A DNA stretch of 64,000 nucleotides, taken from contig OZ176052.1 in assembly GCA_964247055.1 (NCBI GenBank), positions 1,364,001 to 1,428,000 on the forward strand. Reading direction: 5' to 3'. Source of the DNA: Paragordius varius. Lineage: Eukaryota; Animalia; Nematomorpha. Positions 24,559-36,684 of the stretch are shown here, one piece after another (the first letter of the stretch is position 1; every line of letters begins with the position of its first letter). Both the position numbers and the translations under genes were made by a program. Below the pieces are notes generated by a model. It was not told the origin of the DNA. It worked only from the letters and a program-made list of their open reading frames with translations, and did not search any database.

Positions 24559-27500
24559 ATGAGTCTCAAAGTACTTATAGAAAATTATAAAAAATTTAAA
24601 TCCAATAGTCAAGGTGCGATTGAACTGCTTTATGATATAAAGGTATCAAAATATTTTTATCTAATAGGCATTTGGGCAAAATATATCCGATGATTCCGAA
24701 TTAACTCCCACCGAAATCAATGAAATATTATTAATATTATCCTTATTACTTAAAGAACCAAATTTAAATAAAAACGAAATATTATTCACCTTGTCCAGAA
24801 TAAGTTTATTTATCTGTATAAAAAGTTTATAATCCCAATTACAATTGTTACATAGACTTCTATCCAATATTTAGTGCAATATTATATTTTATTATAAACA
24901 ACTGTGTGGATGAAGAGGATCTTATATTTGACAAAGTATATTCCGTTTTCTTATATATATATTTTAGGCATTAATTTTAATAGATTATTTGTTGTTTCAA
25001 ATAACGTCTGTTCAAGATTTTGGCATTATTGATGATACTGCATCTCAAGAATTAACGAAAATATGCATCGATATAATGTATACCCCATCCTATCTAATTT
25101 TAGATCTGATAATGAGCATATACAGAATATAAATTCATCTTTGAGCATTATAGTTAGTCTATGTCGGATACGACCAAATTTCCTGAAATTTATTCACACC
25201 TGGGTCGGTATTTTTTCTGCAATACATTAATTAATCGATAAATCACACTTTTCTTAGTTTAAAAAATTATTTTTTCCTTTTTTAAAATAATTTTCTTAAA
25301 TAATATATTGAAGCATGATATAGTTGTTAATGTAAATTTTTAATTTTCCAGGGATGATTTTGGAACCAATTATTCTTTTTAGATAATTTTGAAAAAAAAG
25401 TTTTTTAGAACGGTTTTAAAGAATATTTTATGTAGAGTGTCTTGGCTCAGCAATAGCTTTATTAGCAAACTATCTTAAATTTGATTCTGATTAATATTTA
25501 TAATTTGAAATCTACATATTTATATTCTGTAAAATTTATTACATGTACTATTTTTTATGAAAATCGGACGAGTACGTTTACATTAAAAAATACATTAATT
25601 AAAATTCTCTAAAATTATTTGAAAACTTGTAAATTTTCTTTTTATAATAAATAGAGTTTAATACGAACAAAAAAGTTTTGCCAACAATTATTGAGATTAT
25701 TGGAACATACTGAACGTACAGTTATGCTAAATACTCTTGTCATTTATCTAAATATTGCTTCTCGAATTGATTCCGAAATCAATAAGGTTTAATTTTTTAG
25801 TATCTTGGTTTAATTTAAGTAATATATTTTATAAATTTTGTTTTAATTTTTACAATTGGTAAATTAAACATTTGATTGGAAAGTAATCAGTTTAAATTAA
25901 ACTACGATTATTAAACGTAAGAGTCCAAGGCAATATGTAATTTCAAATCACTCTGCTAGTCTATGATATAGATCGCGTAATTTTTAAACGATTAATTGTT
26001 AAATTGTACCTGTAACCTATAAAATCAACCATAATTTTTAAACCTAGCTTTTTAAAGGTTTTATAAAAATTATTTTAATGGATTAGGCTGAATTTTATTT
26101 TTGAGTTAATCCGAAGAAGTTAGAGGAATCTAACAAAAATTTATTGATAAATTTATTATTAGTTTTGCTGATATTGCATATTATTCTAAAAATTATCTTC
26201 CAAATGATATATTTTTTTGTATTAATTATTTTATTAGAGTTTCCTGACTGAAGCTAACATTAACCAAATACTTGAAATACTGTTTGTATCCTTGAATGAA
26301 GTTACATCCAAATTTCGTCAAATAAATACGCTACCTCATAATACAACTCGACCGAAATCATCTTTAAATGGACCGCATCATACCGATATTAACGACAACA
26401 CTATAATGCATGATTTGAATTTTTTACTCCTGATTATGGCGGATGTTCTTTCCAACGCTAAAATTAATGCATACATAGAACAACAAACTCAGGCTTGGCC
26501 ACGGTTTAAATCGTGCGCAAATGAACTTTTTACCATGATTTTCGCAAAAATTGACCCTCTAAAGAAAATATCTTACATTACAGAAAATTCTATAAATTTC
26601 GGCCTTACATTAAGCCTACATGGTGTATGCTGTGTTCAAAACATTATTCTACAAAGCAATGGGACTGGAGAAACAAATTACAGTAAATACTAAAATATAT
26701 AAGTCAAATATTTTTTATTGGCAGAACAAAGAAAACCATATATCTTTTGAAATTTGATCTTTGTTTATTTAATATAACCTATTAAGTTTTGGGTTGCCAA
26801 ATAAGATGAATTAAAATTAATTTTTATTGGAAACAACACACTTAATTTTTAATTTCACATAATTGTAATCTTATTTTTAGATTATTTGAAATTAATAAAG
26901 TATTGCTAAATTATGGGTCTTTATGCCAAAAATATCATTACTTATAAAAGAATTTTACCATTACAGAAACAGTTGAAAAGAAACCGGACCACCCTGGTAT
27001 CGATGATGTTGATGATGAAATAGACCTAACCAATCTGAGTTGTATGAGTTTGGATGAAATTCAAAGCAATACACACAAGGATAATATAATAATTAGAGGT
27101 GATAACAACCATATTAGCCCCCATTCAGTCGGCGAGAAAAATAATGGAATTCTTTATGGCATAATATCAGAATCAGAACAAATGGTATCTGCACCCTATC
27201 CTAAATTAGAGCATTATTTTGCTACTATAAGCGATGGCAAAAATAATGAAGAACCTTTGCAAGCGCAAAAGATTTTGAATTCCATCCATCAATTTAGGTG
27301 TCTTATGACATGGATTTTTTCTGGACAAGGAACGCCATTTCTACAGCTTATTCGAAACAATTTTTGCGACACAGTAGTAGCAGAAGAAAATAGTATGGAA
27401 AAACTTTCATCTCAAACGCCCTCAGAGGATTATGCCAAACGAATATGGAATTCGTTGTTACTAAACTGCTGCGCAGATTTACCGTCGTCAGAATTTGGTG

Positions 27501-30093
27501 ATTCTGCAAATTTAAGTATACCAAAAATACGCACTCTCATGTATCAAACACTAAAAAATGAGGCATTTCTCTTTAGTAATCATAGTAATTTCCAAAACGA
27601 CACCAACGCAGATATTAATTTTCCCCAAAGATACCACCCTGAAAATAGTTATGACTCCGCTTTTGAAACGTTAAAAGATGATGCGCCGATTATATTAAAA
27701 CCCATTACGATATACACGCTAAATTTATTGCAACAAATGTTTTATGGAAATAATTTAAATAATAATAATAATAACTCTAAAGCTATTGCGGATTGTGTTG
27801 AAATTTTTTCTGCATCTTGTAATTACTTGGAAAGTTTAATTCAAAATGTATTGAATCTGTTAACCCATGAATATCCGAATGAAATGGAATTCAAAATCGT
27901 TCAAATGATTATGAATAGAGTTCTTTTTATTTGCACCATTGCCAAAGGTTAGATGATCATGTTATATTTTTACCATGCTTTTTTAGAATAATGCAGAGTC
28001 ATATAAGGAAAATTTAATTTCGTATTTTTAATTTTAGCCAAAAATTATTATAATGTAGTAGTGTTTTATCAAATCTGTAAACGAAAATTTTACTTTTCTA
28101 ATATAAACATATCTTTAAAAATCTTCTCAATCGGTTTTTTTACCACTTAAAAAGGAGTAAGTAACCAGCCAGTTTGACTTCTCTTATTCAGTTATTACTG
28201 ATCATAAACAGTCACAACCTTATCATAAATGTAAAATATATGTTGTAACTAAACTGAAAGATATTAAGTTTAATACTATTTAAATTGATATATTTATAAT
28301 ATATTACAATGCAATTATTGATAAGAATAAATTTTGCATTTTACGATTTATTTTTAACGTTGAATTTTGGTTTTTACCAAGTTTTCGATAATAAAAATAA
28401 TTTAATTACGAGATTATATGTGTTTAGAAATTTTTAACTGGATACTCTTATATAAGTGCTCACAGTTAGGGTCATATATCCAATTCAATCAAACCTAACC
28501 TTCCCCCTAAAATTTTGCTTGTAAAATTTACATAAAAATTTATTTTTTAATTAACAAATCCTATTTTTTTGGAATTCATCTTTTTAGAATTCAATCACTG
28601 GATATTGGTTCAAAATCCATGCATGGATAACGTTAATTCTATCCTTGCATTAGCTTCTAAAATTTTTCATAGAAATTAAGTTTTTAATTAATTAATCCTA
28701 CTTTTTTAAAAAAATTCTTAGAATTCAATCATTGGATATTGGTTCAAAATCCATGCTTAGAAAACCTTAATTCTATCCTTGCTACAATAATTGAATCTTT
28801 CACGAAACTTTTTCATCATTTGGGTGTATGGTGCTGTTCCCATATCAATAATAGCAATAATAATGGAGGATTATTAAATGAAATATCTTTCGTGAGCTTA
28901 TATTTGGCAAAAACTATTTGTCAAATGACCTTACCCCACAGAAACCGTGAGACTTCGGTAAAAAATTATTTTAAAATATTATATGAAGATAGAACATGAA
29001 ATAAATAGTTTCAATGTAAAGACAACTATATTTTAGGGTACCTTAAATTTTTTCTATAAAAACTTCTATGTTTAAGATTGAAAAATTCAAAGTTATGTAT
29101 ATCTATATTTTGTAACTCAATAAAATAATACGTTTATAAAATTAAGATTAATATTTTTTATAAAAATATCAGTCAGTCCATTAATTTTTTAATGCATCTT
29201 TATATTTTTAATATTTTATTTTTATGTTTTATTAAAGGATGCAAAAATAATGAGTCAACAATTTTGTCAAGTTATTCCAGCTATGTTGTGTGGCTTATGC
29301 TCTTCAAAAGTTAGTAAAAATAATAACACTTCAATCAATGATAATAAAATTGCGTGTCTTGAATGGTTAAATCATTGTATTGTATGGTTTATGCGACAAA
29401 TTAATCTTTCATCTTCAAAAAGGTTCGTCGATATCTATTTAAAATTTATTTTTTTAGCGTTATTGTTTTTACGATAAATTTAGCTTTAAATGTGATTTAT
29501 TTTTATAAAAAATAATAAATTTAATTTTTTACTTTTAAATTTTGTCAAAAGACAATTTTAAAATATTATCAAGCTCTTTCACGAAAGTCGAAAATTAATT
29601 TAATTTATATTTTGCTATAAAAAACTGTTTAAATTTGATTTTGTTATATGAAAAAAGTGATTAATTTCATGATTTTTAGCCAGGTTAAAAGTGCGAAACA
29701 ATTATTGAACACGGCACTTTTTTGCTATTTCAATCGAATATTGTTGGATATTAATCCATCACCAAACTCACAACAAACGTTGGATACACTTGTGAGTCGA
29801 TATAAAAGGTAAATTTATTTCATTTATGATATAAATATATTTCAAAAAGAAGTTGGTTAGTTAGTAGTTTTAAATTGAATAAAATTAATTAATTAAAGAG
29901 ATTAATACAAGAAAATTGTTTTGAACCATTTTTTTTATAATAACTTTAATCGAGAAATAATCATTGTTGTTTAATTTATTATTTCTAAAGGCGTTAATGT
30001 CCAAATATTACATTATAAAAAGTCGTGTTTGTATTGGAAATATACATAAAAGTATATTAGGTCAAATTATGCTTAATTTATTTGAAAAATACG

Positions 30094-30149
<56 letters not shown>

Positions 30150-33100
30150 AAAATTTAATTATAGGGACAAAACGTAAAAATATAAAGGCAAATATTTTTT
30201 TCTAAAAGGAACCTTACTCCTTAACCCTAATTTTTTCTACATAAACTAATTGATTGCATAAATAAAATATAGAATTGAATTTATTAACAATATTCCATAT
30301 TTTGCAACCCAAAACAATAAGCAGAATTTGAGATATTGTTGTCTTTTGGAAAAAAAATATTTGTCCCTATTTTTTAAGTGTTGCCCGTGTAATTTAATTT
30401 TACTATATATATAGATCTCCTAAACTATGGGTAATTTTAAACATTTTTTATTTTAATAGATTGTTACAAAACATAACAAAATGTACATTTGAAGACACAA
30501 TTCCTAAAAAAACTAATTTAATCGAATACAATGGTCAGTCCTTAAATACGTATAACACAAAGTGTGTATCAACCATAAAAAATGGTTATTACAATTTTTC
30601 TGGAGATTCTTTGTGTGAACCAAACAGTTATAAAGATTTAGTTTTGGATATTGAAGACATACTTATTAAGGTATGTCTTTTTAAATATATTTTTATTTTA
30701 TAAAATATAAAACATCACAGTTTTTATTTTTATTTTTTTTTTGGGGGGGGGGGGGGGGATTAAGTTTAATTGAATTTGAGTTTGAGCTTAGCACTATCCA
30801 TAATACGTATTTTGCATTATAGGAAATTAACATTATAGATTCGAAACATAAGGTTGTAAAAAATTACGAATAACTACTATTTATATCACCAATTTTTGCT
30901 AATTCGTGGCACCGAAATTCTAGACGACCTATATAAAAAATTTATTGAAATGTCGTCTAATTTTACTTGGATTCTATAATTATTTTTGCAAATTATGGAA
31001 TTTTGATAGAAATTTTTCAAGTTTGCGGGCCGCACATCCCAAGGATCGCGTGTTGAAAACCTCTGATTTAAATAATGGAGTAAAAATTAAAATTATAAAA
31101 ACAAAACATAAAAAATCATATTTTTTGATCCTTCTATTGAAACCTATATAATTACGATTGTGAAATATAATGACTCTGTTATCAATTTAAATAAAATTAT
31201 TTTGCAATACAAACATTTAGGTTTCATGTAATAAATAATTAATATGGTAGGCATGAAAAAATTATTAGTCTCTTACTTTTTATGTTATCCTTTTATTACT
31301 GTTTATTCCTAATTTATTGTATAGCTAAGAGCTTCACTAAATACCCAAAATGCTAAGCGTGAAAACAATATTGTTCATGGCGTTAATAGTAATCGTTATC
31401 AAACATTATCGCAAAATCAGGCGTCAAATAACGCAGAGTTTTTGGATAATCCTGTATTCCCAATCGCCTCTATCATAGAATTGTATGAGAAAGCCAAACT
31501 ATATTTTACGGTACGTTTTTTGATAAAATTTATTAAATGACAAATTTTATTTGTTCGGACATAAATCCGAAAGTAAAAGATTTTTACCCTAAAAAATATG
31601 TATGAAAAACACAAAAATGGGTATTTTAGCGTATAATATGTACAATTTCTAATTTTCTATGAGATTTATGCAATCTCTAAAATACGTTTTTTAGCATTAA
31701 TTATTTATAATAAAAATGACAATGATTAAAAATCAAATTTATTACATATATTTTAGAAATAATTGTTTACTGTCATTTAAGCATTTTATTTTATGGTTAA
31801 GTTTTGAAATTGTAGTTTTTATTTTTGATTTGAGAGGATAATGTGTTAAAAGATAGAATGATTCATCTTTAACTATAAAAAGTAAAAAAGGGTCAACTCA
31901 CGATAAAGATTTTGCACAAAGGGAAATTCTATTGTATTCTCAATAATTTTTAAATGGTTTATTAATATCATATTTATTTTTAAACTTTTATTCTGATTAA
32001 AAGTAAAAATGGAATGCGCAAATCCATTTTAAAAATATTAAAGGACCAACTCACGAAAAATATGCACAAAAAGTTTTGATGATTTTTTAATGGTTTGTTA
32101 ATATTATATTTATTTTTTATTAAAAGATTAGACTTGAAATTTAAAAAATCCATTTTATCATAATAGAAAAAGGGCCAACATCCAAAAATATTTTACACAA
32201 AAAGTGGTTTTTAAAATGATTTTTTTCATATAATATATTATTTTTTATTAACCTTTTTTTATTCTAATCCATAGATGAGACTTGAAATGCAAAATGTTAT
32301 GGTTAAGCGACAAACCGACCTATTGGCCACATATCAAACCCAACTCCAGTTATCACAACAAACATCACAACTCAATCAGAATCAAGTATGAAAATTTTTC
32401 TCTAAAAGTATCATTTTTATTGGCAAACATTATTTTTTAAGCAGTTTTTGTCTTTGTTTGATGTAGTGGATCTAACCAGTTTTTCAAAATCAAAATAAAG
32501 ATCAGTATTGAATAAATTTAATTTTCTAAACGCATTCTAATATTTAAAGAAAGCAATTAACTTTTTTGACCGTTTTTAGTTTGTAATATTAATATATTTT
32601 ATACTTACTATTTTTTTACTACAATGTTAGAGGATATACCTTTATTTTTGTCAAAGCTAGACATTACAAAACGTCTAACAAACGAAAAATACATTTATTT
32701 GATCGAAAATTTTGGAAATAAAAATATATTGAGGCCACTTTATTTTTTCTAAAAGAATGATGTATTATTATTATTATTATTATGGCAAAGATCGTTGTCG
32801 AAATATTGCTTTTTCAAAGATATATTTTCTCCAGTTTATTCGATTGTAAGCGAGTGTTGTTAGCTGTTGTCATAAAAAGATTGGTTTCTTTGGTTAGGTT
32901 TTCGATCCAGCGCATCTTGCAGCGTCCACGTTTCCTGGATCCTTCGACCTTGCCTGTCATTAGTTGGAATTCCAAGTCATTTGCTCTGGTAATGTGACCA
33001 GAGTATGATAATTTTATTTTGAGGCACATGCCGATCAGGTGTATCTCGGGATTTATTTTGTCAAGGATTACGGTGTTCTTTATTTTGACTTTCCACGTGA

Positions 33101-36100
33101 TTTGTAGTATCTTCCGCCAGCATCGCATTTCGAAGGCGTTAATCTATCTTTCGCCATCCTTTTTTATTGTCCAGCTTTCTGATACGTATAGCATTCTAGA
33201 AAATATTAGGGATTTGACTAAACGGTTTTTTGTTTTAAGTTTGATGTCGTGTGATGACCATAATTTATTATATTTTATCATTTTTGTCTTAGCAATTGCT
33301 ATTCTTCTTTTGATGTCGGGGGTGCTGTTGTTAACCGTATTTATAAGACTGCCTAGGTAAGTGTATTGGGACACTACTTCTATTTGTTGGTTGTGAAAAG
33401 ATAAGTTTTATAGTGGTTATGAGCGTTTATAATCATGATTTTAGTTTTTTTTAAAGTTGATCGTCAATCCAAATTTTTGACATTCGTTTGAGAATTCAGT
33501 TAAGAGTTTTTTAGGTTGTCCACTGAGTTTGACAGCAGTATAGTGTCATCAGCATAGTGAAGTGATGATATAATATTGCCGGCAATGCTTATACCATTAG
33601 TTTTATCTTTGTTCCGTAATGCGCTTTCTATGCAGACGCTAAAAAGAGTGGGTGAAAGGACACATCTTTGTCTTAAACCATTGTTCATTTGTACCCAATT
33701 ACTTGTGCCATGTGGGGTTTTTATGTTTAGTGATGAATTGGAATAGAGGGATTTAATGATGTTTAAAATGTGATCTGAACCTCCCATCTGAGATAGTGCC
33801 TTCCACAGCGTGTCGTGTTTCACGCTGTCGAAGGCTTTTGTAAAATCAATGAAGCAGATATTGGTTTCTCTCTCTGAAATTCGGATTTGTTTTTCAAATA
33901 TCCAGCGTATATTGCTGATCATGTCCCTGCATCCGCGATTGGTTCTAAATCCCGCCTTGGGTATTAGAAAGTTCGGCTTCAATTATGCATTGGATACACC
34001 TGTGAATTATTTTGAGAAAAACTTTTGAGGTTTGGTTGATTAGCGCTATAGTTCTATAGTTGTTAAATGATTTAGGATCGCCTTTTTTCAAGATGGGGAT
34101 ATATCTGCTTCATTGATTTTTCAAAGGCCTTCGACATTGTGAAGCACGACACCCCGTGGAAGGCACTATCTTAGATTGGAGTATCAGATCATATTATAAA
34201 CATCATCAAATCCCTTTACTTCAATTCTTAATTAACCATATAAACCCCACACGGCACAAGTAATTGGCTACGAATGAACAATCGTTTACAAGGATACGTC
34301 CTTTCACCGACTCATTTTGACGTTTGCATAGAAAGTGTATTAAGAAAACATAGATAAAGCTAATGGCATAAGTATCGCCGGCAATATCATATCATCATTT
34401 CACTATGCTGACGACACTATACTGCTGTCAACATCAGTGGACAACCTAAAAAAACTCTTAACAGAATTTTCAACTGAATGTCAAAAACTCGGTTTGACGA
34501 AATGATGTATCGGAAGACCAAATGTTAAATTTTAAATTCCCGTATTTTATATTACTTGAAACGCCGCCTTTTGATATAGAATTTAACATATCGCCAAACT
34601 ATAACTCAACTTCAATCCCTTTGTGAACGAAAATCTGAAATGCTCCAATGCCATAAACAACAACAAAATCAAAACGAAATGGAAAAACAGCGATTGAATG
34701 ATCACATAAAAATGCAACAAAATGCGCTTGAAGAAATGCAGGAAACGGTTAACATTGAATCTACCAAGTTAATATTATGTCTATAAATTGGTTAATGGCT
34801 ATTAAAAGGACAAAATGTAAAAGACATTTATTTCCTAACAATATACAGTAAAAACTGAAATTATACGGACAATACAAAACGTAAAAATATACAGACAAAT
34901 ATTTTTTTTCTAAAAGACAACCATACTTATAAAATCATGATTATTTCAATATAACTCATTGTTTTAAATGGCAAAGTGTGAAATAGAGTGTATAATATTA
35001 ACACAATCAATTCTAAATTTTACAATGGTAAGTAAGTAGCTTATATCGGAAACATTTAGGTTTTAAAAAGTATGGTTGTCCTTTAGATAAAAATATTTGT
35101 CTTTATATTTTTACGTTTTGTCCGTATAATTTCAATTTTTACTGTATTTTAAAGCGTATCTTTTAACCGAAAGGTGTTAAATTAACCTATACTTTTGGAT
35201 TACTAAACAACGAATAGCAATTTTTAAAAATTAATATACAGTAAAAAATTAAAATTATAAGGACAAAACGTAATGTAAAAAACACTTATATTTTAATGAA
35301 AATACGTTTTTTATCCTTGACTTTTATATCATCTTATTTAATTAAATAAGGAAAGAATAGCGATGTAAATTGATTAAACATTACAGTTGTTTTGGATATA
35401 TGTTGTTTGTTATCCAAAAAAAATAAATATTCAAAATATTAGGCTGTTTTTTCCATTAATTTAGACGCGATGCGGTACAAAAGAGTATGGACACTTTGAG
35501 AACAGAATATGAATCCCTGAATGAAATGCATCAAGTTGTTTTACGACATTTTGATGCCTCTAAAAAGCAATTAGAAATGTAAGTTAATGAAGTATTTCTT
35601 TTAACGTCAAATATTGATTTTTCAAAAAAATTATATTATTTAGAATGGATAGCTCATTTTAAAGAGATATATTGAAATTATCTTTTAAATTAATTATGTT
35701 AGTCTGCGTGAAAACTTGGCAAACAGCGAAAACAACAATTTAACCTTGACGAAAGAGTCCAAAGAAAAGGATCTTAAAATTAAAGGTGAGTATATATAAC
35801 TAAATTATTTTGTTATAACAAGAATCTTTATAATTTAATAAAGATTAGTAGATTTTAAACAATGGTTGAATGCACAATGTGTATAAATTTTAACTTAGAA
35901 CGCTATCCTCAATTTCTTTCCTAACAATGTTAATATTTTTAAAAAACTGTAAAAATCCATAACCTCTTTAAATAATATATAGAATTAAACGCACAATTGG
36001 ATGAAGGTAGAAAACAATATGAAACAGCCCGCAAAGATAATGCAAAACTCAACTCAAACATTGAAGGTTTGCGTAAAGAAATCCAAGCATTGGAAGAAAA

Positions 36101-36499
36101 TAAAAAACTTTTGCAAACTCAAGTTAAAATTATAATTTTCGCATACATATATATTTCTAAAAATGAGTTTTTAGTGGTGGGCAGCAGGAGTTGTATTTTC
36201 GACATCTTTTAATTTTATTTTTGTTTGACAAAGATTACTTGTAGTAATTTCACTCTAATAAATTCATTCAATTTAGCTAAATTATAATTGCAATAATAAT
36301 TATGTATGTTTATTCGATAATAATTTCTATATATTCCCAAACCCAGAAAAATGAACTTGAAATGTTAAGCAAACGCCAGGAATCCCAAATCCAGCAAAAA
36401 GATGAGGAAGTCTCTAAACTCCGCAATGACCTTCTCATATACAGCGAAATAACGGCCAAAATCAACATGTTAACTACGGAAATTAAACCGAAACGATGA
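24559..36499 (+). CDS. CIP2A: CIP2A (KIAA1524)-like protein: ARM repeats plus C-terminal coiled coil; 20 exons, about 1248 aa
   Basis: Exons 24559-24642, 24668-24803, 24826-24935, 24968-25077, 25104-25203, 25655-25786, 26238-26682, 26967-27947, 28722-28957, 29238-29309, 29684-29808, 30460-30670, 30823-30852, 31325-31510, 32275-32385, 34580-34767, 35465-35578, 35703-35785, 35983-36122, 36347-36499. All GT-AG and phase-consistent, sum 3747 nt. Matches to recalled human CIP2A: LLKEPNL/LLEDPNI, SLSIIVSLCR..IHT/CLGLLANLCR..IKT, KKFCQQLLRLLEH/KSFYRTLITLLAH, MADVLSNAKI/LMDLLKNPKI, SIIELYE/DIMDVYE, YSEITAKINML/HSHMIAMIHSL. The exon-10 donor is the least certain boundary. Confidence 0.85.
28588..28679 (+). 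other. Tandem partial duplicate of CIP2A exon 9 start, ending in a stop codon
   Basis: tttttag|aattcaatcactggatattggttcaaaatccatgc.. encodes (E)FNHWILVQNPCMDNVNSILALASKIFHRN*, versus FNHWILVQNPCLENLNSILA in the copy 134 bp downstream. Confidence 0.85.
30160..30412 (+). mobile_element. Tc1/mariner-like MITE (CAGTAAAAA family), degenerate
   Basis: ggacaaaacgtaaaaatata..aaatatttttttctaaaag on the left and gtcttttggaaaaaaaatatttgtcc..tttttactata on the right. Confidence 0.7.
32763..34100 (-). mobile_element. 5'-truncated RTE-like non-LTR retrotransposon (RT and C-terminal region, frameshifted) in CIP2A intron 15
   Basis: KKGDPKSFNNYRTIAL, FIDFTKAFDSV, LSPTLF and HYADD motifs; YLGS and RCWRKIL..GHITR..GRCKMRW ORFs; (TAA)n tail at 32763-32783. 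Confidence 0.92.
34101..34500 (+). mobile_element. Inverted second copy of the same RTE RT segment
   Basis: atatctgcttcattgattt..aaggccttcgac..cactatgctgacgacactatactgctgtcaa..ttgacga is a diverged reverse complement of 33465-33863. Confidence 0.9.
34846..35144. mobile_element. Tc1/mariner-like MITE with ~85-bp TIRs and TA TSD
   Basis: ta|cagtaaaaactgaaattatacggaca..aaaagacaaccatac and gtatggttgtcc..tgtccgtataatttcaatttttactg|ta; solo TIR copies at ~17475-17508, ~21720, ~35238 and ~48120. Confidence 0.9.
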
Positions 36500-36684
36500 A
36501 CAAAAAATGATCTTTGACTTGACCCTTTTTTATATAGAATTCATTCCCATTATCCGTATTATTTAAAACGATGCGATACATCTTAAATTATTTGTATTTA
36601 TTTATTATTGTACAAATGTTTTGATAGTATTTAGACGATATATAAAAATAAATTATAAAAAATGTTATATGTAAATATATATAA

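Noticed and set aside
25352-25630. Stop-codon reassignment or widespread frameshifting to explain broken frames in the CIP2A 5' region
   Set aside because: Canonical micro-introns plus one 451-nt intron give a complete standard-code model, and all other exons are stop-free in the standard code.
29964-30158. ORFs 29964-30158, 18888-19121 and 1089-1271 as genes
   Set aside because: They run through (TA)n microsatellites or intronic AT-rich DNA and are not needed for phase-consistent gene models.
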